IMG/VR virus record: IMGVR_UViG_3300026292_000004
Coordinates: 1-64,000 of that record
DNA: 64,000 bases
DNA from: a virus
Direction: 5' to 3' (one strand)
The notes under the pieces were generated by a model, which ran no database searches, was not told the DNA's origin, and saw nothing but the letters and a program-made list of their open reading frames with translations. Position 1 is the first letter of the stretch, and each line of letters starts with the position of its first letter. Below, piece by piece: positions 18,290-27,028 of the stretch. The translations under genes were made by a program, and so were the position numbers.

Positions 18290-19096
18290 TTAACCTACAA
18301 GATCTAGTGGTGGTATTTCATAACGATCTCTAATCTCTTCTTCCAACTGGACTTTACGAGTAGATGCATCTTCTAAGATCTGACGACCATTGAGTGTTAC
18401 ACCACCTAGCATTTGAATGCCATCATACTTACTTAGGTTACGACCCCACTGTTGCATGAAGATCGCTTCACAATAATCTTTTAACCAGTTGTCATTATAA
18501 GAAGAAGTAAAGATTTCAGTATCAGTTCTCATAGTACAGTCAACTAAAATATAGTTACCTACTGTGAGTTCATCCCAACTAAAGTCAAGGTATAATTTAT
18601 TCTCAACCCTATTGTATCTAATTCTACGATTAGCACGAGAGTTAGTTACCCAATCAAGTGTCTCAAGATATTGAGAAACCATATAATAATGTAGGATTTG
18701 AGAGTTCGTGAATGCGTAAATATCATTCAAGAAAATCTGGTACTTAATGTTAAACATGTTACCAGGTACTACGCTACTGCTACTTAAATTAGCATACACC
18801 TGATTAATTCCTACCACGCCAGGAGGTAGATCAATACTAAGATTATTCTTCTTCCAGTCAGTTCCAGTTATGTCTGTACTGCCCATTGCAGAAGTCTTAA
18901 TAGCTTCAGTAACCTCAATCTTAATCAACTGTTTATCAGAACCATCGTAATGATATTCTTGCCAATAGTCAATCGCTTCTTCCACTAGGTCATCCAGCTG
19001 CTCATCACATACATTGATGTCAATAGCAGGGTATCCTAATCTACGAAGAGCATAGTTTTTTAACTCAGTTTTAGTGGCAGGTTTTGTAGCAGACAT
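18290..19096 (-). CDS. gp13: Neck protein
   Basis: LKNYALRRLGYPAIDINV, QQWGRNLSKYDGIQMLGGVTLNG. Confidence 0.97.
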   Translation of the reverse strand: MSATKPATKTELKNYALRRLGYPAIDINVCDEQLDDLVEEAIDYWQEYHYDGSDKQLIKIEVTEAIKTSAMGSTDITGTDWKKNNLSIDLPPGVVGINQVYANLSSSSVVPGNMFNIKYQIFLNDIYAFTNSQILHYYMVSQYLETLDWVTNSRANRRIRYNRVENKLYLDFSWDELTVGNYILVDCTMRTDTEIFTSSYNDNWLKDYCEAIFMQQWGRNLSKYDGIQMLGGVTLNGRQILEDASTRKVQLEEEIRDRYEIPPLDLVG

Positions 19097-19102
19097 TTTT
19101 TA

Positions 19103-22100
19103 TTAAGCGAATGAGGATATAGTCAATGTAGTTACATCGTTAGCAGCAACAGCTTCTCCAACTTTGAAGAATCCATCAACATTATCAACAGTAATTAAAC
19201 TTGTACCCATAGCAGTGATAACTCCAGTAGTACCAGAGGTTGCACCAGTTACGGTTGCACCAACTTCCATCGTTGTGATATCGGATAGTGCGAAGGTAGC
19301 ATGAGTATAGGTAGTTGCGATATCAACCGTTGCGTTAGCAAAGATTGTTGCAACATCAATAGTTGAACTATTACCATGAATAGCAGATACAGGTATCGTT
19401 GCACTGTTACCATGAATTGCAGAAACTGGAATCGTTGCTGCACTACCATGAATAGCACCCACAGTTAGGGTAGCACTGTTACCGTGGATAGCACCAACAG
19501 TAGTTGTTGCATTACCATGAATAGCAGCAACACCAGTAATTGAGTTACCATCTCCAGATCCAGAAATTGTGATCGTGTCAGAAGCAGCATATCCAGTACC
19601 ATCATTATTAATTGCAATACCAACTACGTGTCCAGATCCATTGGTAGTAACGTCAAGAGTCAATCCAGTACCAGAGTTATTAGTAGTTGTAGCAACACCA
19701 GTTATAGTTTGACTAGCAGGGTATCCAGTACCAGCGACCATTATTGAATTAAGAGTCTTAACACCAGATGCATTAGCATTAGTTAATGTGATTGTATCTG
19801 ATGCAGCATAACCAGAACCATCGTTAACGACAGTCATTCCAGTTACTCCACCAGATCCATTAACAGCAACAGTAACTGTTAATCCAGTACCAGAACCTCC
19901 AGAGGTTGTATTAACTGTACCAGCAGAATAACCTGAAGCAGCAGAAACAATAGAACCAAGTGTATTAACACCAGTTGCATTAGCATTGGTGATTGTCAAT
20001 GTATCACCATTAGAATAATTTATACCATCATTATTAACTGCTACAGCAGTTACTCCACCAGATCCATTAGCTGTAATGTCAACAGTTAAACCAGTACCAG
20101 ATCCACCCGTTGTAGTTGCAAGTGCAGAACCAGTAGAGTATCCAGAACCAGCAGCAGTAACAGTACCAAGTGTATTAACACCAGATGCGTTAGCGTTAGC
20201 AATCGTAATTACTTCAGATGCAGCATATCCTGATCCATCGTTGTTAATTGAAACACCGTCAACAACACCGTTAGTAACAGTAACGTTAACAGTTAGACCA
20301 GATCCAGAACCAGATGATGTCGTATTTAGAGCAGTACCTGAACCGTATCCAGTACCACCTGCACTAATTGATCCTAGAGTTTTAACTCCAGATGCATTAG
20401 CGTTAGTGATTGTTAAGACTTCAGAGTTAGCATAACCAGAACCATCATCATTGATAGTTACTCCAGTTACAGAACCTGAACCATCAACTGTAATGTCAGC
20501 AGTAAATCCTGTACCAGATCCAGATGCAGTTGTTGCAATTGCAGATCCAGCAGCATAACCTGTTCCAGCAGTTGCTATAGAACCAAGAGTTCTAACACCT
20601 GTTGCATTGGCATTGACAATAGTGATTGTATCATCTACTGCGTAACCAGTACCAGCAGCGTTAATAGCAGCGTTAGTTACAACACCATTAGATGTTGTGA
20701 GGTTTAGAGTTAATCCTGATCCACCACCTCCAGTAGTTGCAATAGCAGTACCGTTTGCGTATCCTGTACCACCAACAAGAGTATCAATAGTAGAAGCACC
20801 ACCAGCGTTAGCATTAACTATAGTGATCGTCTCTCCGTTTGCATATCCTGTACCAGCAGCATTAACTGAAAGGTTGGTGATGTTACCATTTCCATCAACG
20901 GTAGTGTCAAAGGTTAATGCAGATCCACTTCCACCAGTTGTAGAAACGTTAGTACCAGAAGTGAATCCACCAACTCCACCTGATAATGTACCCAAGTTCA
21001 AGGTAGAAACACCACCAAGGTTAGGGTTAGTAATTTGTAAACTATCTCCGATTAAGTATCCTGTACCAGCACCATTTACAGCAATGGCAGTTATAGCACC
21101 AGCAGCACTTACTGTAGTATCAACTGTCAATCCAGTTCCAGTTCCACCAGATGTGGCAACTGCGGATCCAGCAGTGAATCCACCAAGACCACTAGCAGTA
21201 ATTGATCCAAGACTTACAACAGTTCCTGGTGTAGGATCTCCAGATAAGTTAAGTGTTAATGTTGTTGCAGTAGCAAGGTTATTCAACATAGCACTAAGTT
21301 GTGCATATGCGTTGTCAAGTTTTGCTTGAACTCTTGCTTCTGTATAGTAAAGATTAGTTCCTTCAGAAAGATCAGCAGTATCATGGTTGCTGAGGTTTGC
21401 TGCTTGAGTAGCAGTTGCAGGAGTGATGTCAGCAGTACCATTAAAGGCAGTACCACCAATATTTCTTGGAGTTGCTAGAGCAGTAGCAGTAGCAGCATTT
21501 CCAGAGGTGTCCTGATTACCCGCTGCGTTAACGCCTGGAAGGTTAATTGCAGCAGTACCGTCAAATGATACCCCACCAATGTTTCTTGCCGTTGCAAGGG
21601 CAGTAGCGGTGTCTGCGTTACCTGTCACATTACCAGTGACATTACCAGTAAGAGCACCAGTTATAGTTCCACCTGCTTCAATATCATCCGTCCAGATCTT
21701 ACTCCATCTGTGAGTAGTAGTTCCTAAAGTATAAGAACTATCTGTATCAGGTCTAACATTCTTAGAATCAGTAGTTGTAGCAAGAAGATTACCAGTAACG
21801 TTACCAGTAACAGCTCCAGTTAGTGATGCTGTAATAACACCAGCAGCAAAGTTACCAGATGCGTCACGAATGACTAGGTTGTTTGCTGAGTTAGCAGAGT
21901 TAGATGTAATTGTAATACTTGGATTACCAGCAACACCACCACCGTTTGAAATACCAATACCACCACCAGATACCTGAATAGTACGTTGAGCATATGTGTT
22001 AGCAGCTGTACGGGCAACCAGACCTGTTCCACTCATTCCTGCCAAAGCAGTAATATCTGCGTCATTAAAGGTAGTAGTAACAGTAAAGTCTGCACTACCA

Positions 22101-25100
22101 TTTACAGAAACCGTACCATCTACTACACCATCAATGGTGAGAGTTCTAGCAGTTTTCCAAATATCAGCAGAAGTTGCGTTACCCTGAATACCAGCAGAAG
22201 CACCAGCACCACTTTCAACAGTGATGATGTGAGCAGAGAAGTCTCCAGAAGAGTCACGAGCAACAACTGTAGAGTTTGTAGCAGCAGTTGCAGTTGTCAT
22301 TCCATCTAACAAGTCTGCGTTAAGGTTAGCAATCTTGACTGTATTAGGAATAACTAAAGCAGGTCCAGAAGGAACTTGTGAAATTAATTGTCCGTCAACA
22401 GTAATAGTACCATCAACGTTTACGTTGTTATCTACATCAAGAGCAGTACCAGCACCAGTAATATTAACTGAACCAACCTGTAGAGTACCATCAGTTCCAC
22501 TGAATGTCTCAGCACTATTGGTTGCAGCAGTTAAAAGTCTGAATGTATTAAGGTTGTTATCCCATCCAAAGAATCCAAGTCTTGCTTGAGAATCATAGTA
22601 TCTAAACTCAATACCACGATCTAAACCATCATTAGAAGTAGGAGCAGTAGCACCACCCAAAGTCATTACAGGGTCTTCTACCGTAGTGACAGTACTTTCT
22701 ACTGTGGTAGTAGATCCTAATACGGTGAGGTTTCCACCTACTTGGAAATTATTTCTTACTTCAGCATTACCTGAAGATGTATCTACAAAGAAACTATTCT
22801 GAGTTCCAACAGTATCATATACAACAAAGTCTCCACCAGTATAGAGGTTCTTATTTACTCTCGCACCACCAGTAGTTGTTAATGATACCTGAGCATCACC
22901 ATAGGATGTAATATCCTTAGTATCTGTAATGGTAATCTTACCAGCAAATGCTGCATCATCAGTCTGAGTTAAGGTTCCTGTAGTTTCTAGGTTACCATAA
23001 ATTCTTGCACTACCACCAATAGCAGTGTCTCTAGCAATACCAACACCACCAGTTACTTGTAATGAACCATCAGCAGCATAAGATCCTGTTAAGGTTTGCT
23101 GTGTGTTGTTAGTAACAGATGTAATACCAGTAACACCTAGAGTGTTGTTAATACCAGCAGCAAGAGATACGTCTAGTGTACCTGAAATAGTTGTATTACC
23201 ATTATCTGTGTCAACAGTAAACTTATCTACTGCACCAGCAGTCTGAATCTTGAACATCTTGTTGTCAGACTTGACAATAAGATCATCTTGGATAGTTGTA
23301 GCACCATCTACATTTAAAGTAGTGTCAAAGTCAACTGCATCCTGACCATTCAGTGTACCTTTAATAACTGTATTACCAGTTGAAGATGCAACTGTAAATT
23401 TATCAGTTGTACCTGATCTAACTGCAAAGTTATTATCTACATCTACAGTTCCATTGAACTCTGAATTATTTGTGACTTCTAATGTTCCACCAATAGTTGT
23501 ATTACTATCAACGTTAAGAGTTGAATTTAACTCAGTGTGTCCATCAGCAGTTAGAGTACCCTCAATATTAGTATTACCAGTTACGTTATCAACGAAGAAC
23601 TTATCAGTAGTACCGTTGCGAACTGCAAAATCAGCATCTACATCAACAGTACTGTTAAATTCTGTAGCACCAGTTACAGTTACGTCACCATCTATCTGTA
23701 CATCTCTACCAAGAGTAGTATCACCATGAACTGTGAATGTACCTACAGTTGCTGAACCAGTTGCAGATCTACCAACAGTAGTATTACCAGTTGCACCAAT
23801 TACTTGGAACTCAATATCGTCTCCACTATTCTTCTTACCAATAAAGAGACCTTCACCAGAACCAGTAGCACCAATGAATAGTGAGGTGTTAATACCAGCA
23901 CCACCATAGACCCTTAAGTTAGATGTGTTATGGTTTGAATAACTTGGAGTGTATGCAGAAACAGAACCAGTACGTAGTTTATAACGTATTGATAGGTAGT
24001 TTCTTAGACCGTAGTTTTCAGTTGCGTCTTCTTGCTGGTTAAAGTCACCGTTTAGATATAAGTCACCATTAAAGAGAACGTCTTTATCAAAGTATGCACC
24101 ACCATCTACTCTCAATGCACCGTAGTCAGAAGACCCAATTGTATGTGGAGCACCAGATACAATATTAGGATTGTCTGTAGACTCAAGATAAACCAGACCA
24201 GCTACATTTAAACTAGAAGCAGCATCAATAGCACCAGTCTGAGTTAAGATACCACCAATATCAACATTACCTGTGGTAGTATGAAGTGTAGTCTTAGTAG
24301 TTCCTGAACCATTCTTAAGTTCTAAAGTCTTAGAAGCACCTTGGAATACGATATTATCATCAAATCTACTTGTACCGTGAGTACGGAAGTTAGTATCTAC
24401 ATCTAAAGTACCACCAATATTAACATCATCTCCAATACCAGCACCACCAGCAACTACTAAATCTCCAGTAGTATTTGATGTTGAGTTAGTATTAGTTGTT
24501 AGACTTAAGTTACCAGCGATGATCCCTGCATTTGTTCCAGTGAATACCTCTGAGGTATTTGTGGCATCGTAGAGGAATGTGAACGCTCCTGTATGCCCTC
24601 CAAGATCTGAGGCCGAATCATCGTAACCAAAGAATCCAACTTTTGCGCTTGCGTCGTAATATCTGAATTCAACTCCTCTATCCTTATTGTCGTCTGCCGC
24701 AGGAGCAGTATCACCACCAAGAGTGATAATAGGGTCATCCACTGCAAGAGTGGTAGAATTAACCGTTGTAGTTGTTCCATCTACTTGTAAATTTCCTTGT
24801 ACTACTACCGTTCCAGTGACCGCACGGTCATCACCTGGATCCAAATACATTGTTGCATTGGAAGTAGCAATATAATTTGATTGGAATCTTGAATCTTCTA
24901 TATGAACTTTACCAGTTGCTTCAGTAGCATCAATAGTTACAGTATCTTCTGCTTGAATAACAACACTACTTGTTCCAGCACCAGCATTAAGGGCAACAAG
25001 TGTTAGGTTTCTAGCACTACCACTGTTCTGAGACAGACCAAGAGTGAAGTTTCCATCACCTGTCTTACTTATTGTTTGATTAACTGCACCATCAAATGTT

Positions 25101-26461
25101 ACGTCAGGGTCACTGAAGTAAGATCTGACGTTAATATCAATTTCTCCAGCACCACCGTCACCAGTATTATTAGCACCGAATAGAAGATTCCCTGAAGTAT
25201 CGTTAATTTTAACATAGTTTAAATAATCAAATCCATGATGTGAACCTGCTATTGTTAACTCTTGATCTAGTTCAAAATTCTGTTGTGTATTATTGTCAGA
25301 GAATGATAATCTATTATTCTGAAGTTGAGTATTATCAATACCTTGAGCAGCAATGCTTACATGACCATTATCATCAACATCAAAATCTTCTTGTGCAAAT
25401 GAAGCAAGACCTTTTTGTTCTACCTTAGCAGCAGCAAGATATCTCCATCCATTAGTATCAGATGCATCTGTATGAGTTGGTGCTGCAACTCCAGCAGAAA
25501 TACCTGTAATTGCCTGATAAACCTTTGAAGCGTTCTCAATAATATCGTAACGCACATACGTAGTACCTGCATTGTAAGCAGCATACTTACTACCTTCTAT
25601 TGCAGTAGCAATAGGAATAGTTAATGCGGATGTAAATCTACCCCACTGATCAACTGTAAATTGTGTTGTGTTAACAGTTATATTTGCAGCAGTTGGAAGA
25701 CTATCTCCACCAACCGAAATTAAAGTAGATGGATTGTATACACCAACTTGTGCAATAAATTCTGCCTCTGATGCAATTGATGTATCAATAAGGTCAATCG
25801 TTGGGTTACCTGCAACACCACTACCATTAACAATAGATATCTTTCCAGAGGAACCCTGAAGGGTTCTAGGGATCATATTACCTGCTGATGCCCTAGTAAT
25901 CAAACCTGTTGCAGTCATTCCTGCAATAGATGTTAAGTCAGTATCTAATGGTTGTACGTCAGTTAAACCTAAATCTACATATGAAGAAGGTGAAGCACCT
26001 GTTGTAATTCTACCTTTTGCGTCTACTGTTACCTTTGAATATTGTCCTGTAGATGTTGTAGTACCATCATAATGTGGTAACGAAGTTAAGATCTGTAATT
26101 GTGCCGATATTGATAAGTTAGAAGATCCATCAAATGTGCCCGAACCTGCTAAGTCACTTGATAACTGTATCTGACGTGGGTTTGCTAGTCTAGATGCTGT
26201 AGCAGCATTACCAATAATAGTGGCGGTGATAGATCCTGCACTAAAATTACCATCTGCGTCTCTTGCTACAAGAGTATTTGCTGTGTTAGCAACTGACTCT
26301 ATCGGTCTAGCATATGGCAACGTGTTCCAACCCCTAACACCATCACCAATTTTGAATCGGTTTGTATCAAGTTCAATTCCAAGTTCACCTTGGGCTAACG
26401 TTGGGTTTTCGTTTGCCCACTCTTGAGCACCCCCTCGTCTTAGTTGAATTCTATTAGCCAT
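19103..26461 (-). CDS. Giant fibre protein (2,452 aa) in the wac/fibritin position
   Basis: N-terminal RIQLRRG..EW..NPTLAQGELGIELDT..FKIGDG fibre-anchor domain, GNA.TA..L.T.R.IGG shaft motifs, FxVD..TGNT.I.GTL repeats, C-terminal GTGY repeats. Confidence 0.9.
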   Translation of the reverse strand: MANRIQLRRGGAQEWANENPTLAQGELGIELDTNRFKIGDGVRGWNTLPYARPIESVANTANTLVARDADGNFSAGSITATIIGNAATASRLANPRQIQLSSDLAGSGTFDGSSNLSISAQLQILTSLPHYDGTTTSTGQYSKVTVDAKGRITTGASPSSYVDLGLTDVQPLDTDLTSIAGMTATGLITRASAGNMIPRTLQGSSGKISIVNGSGVAGNPTIDLIDTSIASEAEFIAQVGVYNPSTLISVGGDSLPTAANITVNTTQFTVDQWGRFTSALTIPIATAIEGSKYAAYNAGTTYVRYDIIENASKVYQAITGISAGVAAPTHTDASDTNGWRYLAAAKVEQKGLASFAQEDFDVDDNGHVSIAAQGIDNTQLQNNRLSFSDNNTQQNFELDQELTIAGSHHGFDYLNYVKINDTSGNLLFGANNTGDGGAGEIDINVRSYFSDPDVTFDGAVNQTISKTGDGNFTLGLSQNSGSARNLTLVALNAGAGTSSVVIQAEDTVTIDATEATGKVHIEDSRFQSNYIATSNATMYLDPGDDRAVTGTVVVQGNLQVDGTTTTVNSTTLAVDDPIITLGGDTAPAADDNKDRGVEFRYYDASAKVGFFGYDDSASDLGGHTGAFTFLYDATNTSEVFTGTNAGIIAGNLSLTTNTNSTSNTTGDLVVAGGAGIGDDVNIGGTLDVDTNFRTHGTSRFDDNIVFQGASKTLELKNGSGTTKTTLHTTTGNVDIGGILTQTGAIDAASSLNVAGLVYLESTDNPNIVSGAPHTIGSSDYGALRVDGGAYFDKDVLFNGDLYLNGDFNQQEDATENYGLRNYLSIRYKLRTGSVSAYTPSYSNHNTSNLRVYGGAGINTSLFIGATGSGEGLFIGKKNSGDDIEFQVIGATGNTTVGRSATGSATVGTFTVHGDTTLGRDVQIDGDVTVTGATEFNSTVDVDADFAVRNGTTDKFFVDNVTGNTNIEGTLTADGHTELNSTLNVDSNTTIGGTLEVTNNSEFNGTVDVDNNFAVRSGTTDKFTVASSTGNTVIKGTLNGQDAVDFDTTLNVDGATTIQDDLIVKSDNKMFKIQTAGAVDKFTVDTDNGNTTISGTLDVSLAAGINNTLGVTGITSVTNNTQQTLTGSYAADGSLQVTGGVGIARDTAIGGSARIYGNLETTGTLTQTDDAAFAGKITITDTKDITSYGDAQVSLTTTGGARVNKNLYTGGDFVVYDTVGTQNSFFVDTSSGNAEVRNNFQVGGNLTVLGSTTTVESTVTTVEDPVMTLGGATAPTSNDGLDRGIEFRYYDSQARLGFFGWDNNLNTFRLLTAATNSAETFSGTDGTLQVGSVNITGAGTALDVDNNVNVDGTITVDGQLISQVPSGPALVIPNTVKIANLNADLLDGMTTATAATNSTVVARDSSGDFSAHIITVESGAGASAGIQGNATSADIWKTARTLTIDGVVDGTVSVNGSADFTVTTTFNDADITALAGMSGTGLVARTAANTYAQRTIQVSGGGIGISNGGGVAGNPSITITSNSANSANNLVIRDASGNFAAGVITASLTGAVTGNVTGNLLATTTDSKNVRPDTDSSYTLGTTTHRWSKIWTDDIEAGGTITGALTGNVTGNVTGNADTATALATARNIGGVSFDGTAAINLPGVNAAGNQDTSGNAATATALATPRNIGGTAFNGTADITPATATQAANLSNHDTADLSEGTNLYYTEARVQAKLDNAYAQLSAMLNNLATATTLTLNLSGDPTPGTVVSLGSITASGLGGFTAGSAVATSGGTGTGLTVDTTVSAAGAITAIAVNGAGTGYLIGDSLQITNPNLGGVSTLNLGTLSGGVGGFTSGTNVSTTGGSGSALTFDTTVDGNGNITNLSVNAAGTGYANGETITIVNANAGGASTIDTLVGGTGYANGTAIATTGGGGSGLTLNLTTSNGVVTNAAINAAGTGYAVDDTITIVNANATGVRTLGSIATAGTGYAAGSAIATTASGSGTGFTADITVDGSGSVTGVTINDDGSGYANSEVLTITNANASGVKTLGSISAGGTGYGSGTALNTTSSGSGSGLTVNVTVTNGVVDGVSINNDGSGYAASEVITIANANASGVNTLGTVTAAGSGYSTGSALATTTGGSGTGLTVDITANGSGGVTAVAVNNDGINYSNGDTLTITNANATGVNTLGSIVSAASGYSAGTVNTTSGGSGTGLTVTVAVNGSGGVTGMTVVNDGSGYAASDTITLTNANASGVKTLNSIMVAGTGYPASQTITGVATTTNNSGTGLTLDVTTNGSGHVVGIAINNDGTGYAASDTITISGSGDGNSITGVAAIHGNATTTVGAIHGNSATLTVGAIHGSAATIPVSAIHGNSATIPVSAIHGNSSTIDVATIFANATVDIATTYTHATFALSDITTMEVGATVTGATSGTTGVITAMGTSLITVDNVDGFFKVGEAVAANDVTTLTISSFA
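19277..19543 (-). repeat. Eight tandem 33-36 nt coding repeats (consensus SATIxVxAIHGN)
   Basis: Plus-strand units such as ttaccatgaatagcag recur; the translation shows 8 units of about 11-12 aa. Confidence 0.85.
19544..21226 (-). repeat. Eight ~70-aa coding repeats (VxTLGSI..GTGY...GSGTGLTV.....G.GY...DTITITNANASG)
   Basis: Visible directly in the translation of the 2,452-aa ORF. Confidence 0.9.
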
Positions 26462-26499
26462 TTGTTATATATTCGTGATGGGCACAGATCTATCCTAGA

Positions 26500-26507
26500 T
26501 ATTTATA
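26500..26507 (-). promoter_or_regulatory. T4 late promoter TATAAATA upstream of the fibre gene
   Basis: Exact consensus immediately after a terminator. Confidence 0.85.
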
Positions 26508-26509
26508 AC

Positions 26510-26536
26510 AAAAAAAGAAGGGGTCATGTGACCCCT
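26510..26536 (-). terminator. Rho-independent terminator
   Basis: Minus strand reads AGGGGTCA-CA-TGACCCCT then TCTTTTTTT. Confidence 0.8.
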
Positions 26537-26541
26537 GACCT

Positions 26542-26778
26542 TTATTCTTCAGTTGTGACTTCATCCACGGTCTCAACACCGCCAGGAGGACCGTCCTCAA
26601 GATACTGCAAAGTCTCTAGAGCACCTTGCAATTTGAGAGCAGTAGTCTCATTTTCTTTAATTTTTGCTGCCAATTGATTGTTTTCATTAACCAATTTGGT
26701 TAGTCTCTCAGTAAATTGAACTTTCAATTCTTCTGGAGATACCTTTTCAACTGGGCTTTCAGTTGGAGTTGCTGTCAT
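26542..26778 (-). CDS. Small acidic coiled-coil protein
   Basis: LVNENNQLAAKIKENE..ALKLQGALETLQYL heptads. Confidence 0.75.
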   Translation of the reverse strand: MTATPTESPVEKVSPEELKVQFTERLTKLVNENNQLAAKIKENETTALKLQGALETLQYLEDGPPGGVETVDEVTTEE

Positions 26779-27028
26779 TTTCTTTATTAAGTAGAAGTTT
26801 CAGTAGGTCTTTGACATCGCCTATATCAGATTTTAACCCATCTACGTCAGTTTGTAAAGTAGTAAAATCTTTTTTCTTAGCTTGCCTTGCCTCATATTGT
26901 GCCATGTACTCATCGTACTTGGTCATATTACAATTGACAATTGCATTTGATTCTGGATCACGATACCACCCATCCTGTCCTTCAACAGGAATGAGTTCAT
27001 CGGTAAAGTTAATTTTATTGTCAATCAT
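26759..27028 (-). CDS. Small hypothetical protein (LIPVEG..WYRDPESNAIVN, C-terminal coiled coil)
   Basis: ATGA overlap with the upstream DUF4815-like gene. Confidence 0.8.
   Translation of the reverse strand: MIDNKINFTDELIPVEGQDGWYRDPESNAIVNCNMTKYDEYMAQYEARQAKKKDFTTLQTDVDGLKSDIGDVKDLLKLLLNKENDSNSN

Noticed and set aside
19277-19543. ~36-nt periodic repeats resembling a mini CRISPR array
   Set aside because: There are no unique spacers. The repeats are degenerate at third codon positions and in frame within a CDS, so they are protein repeats.
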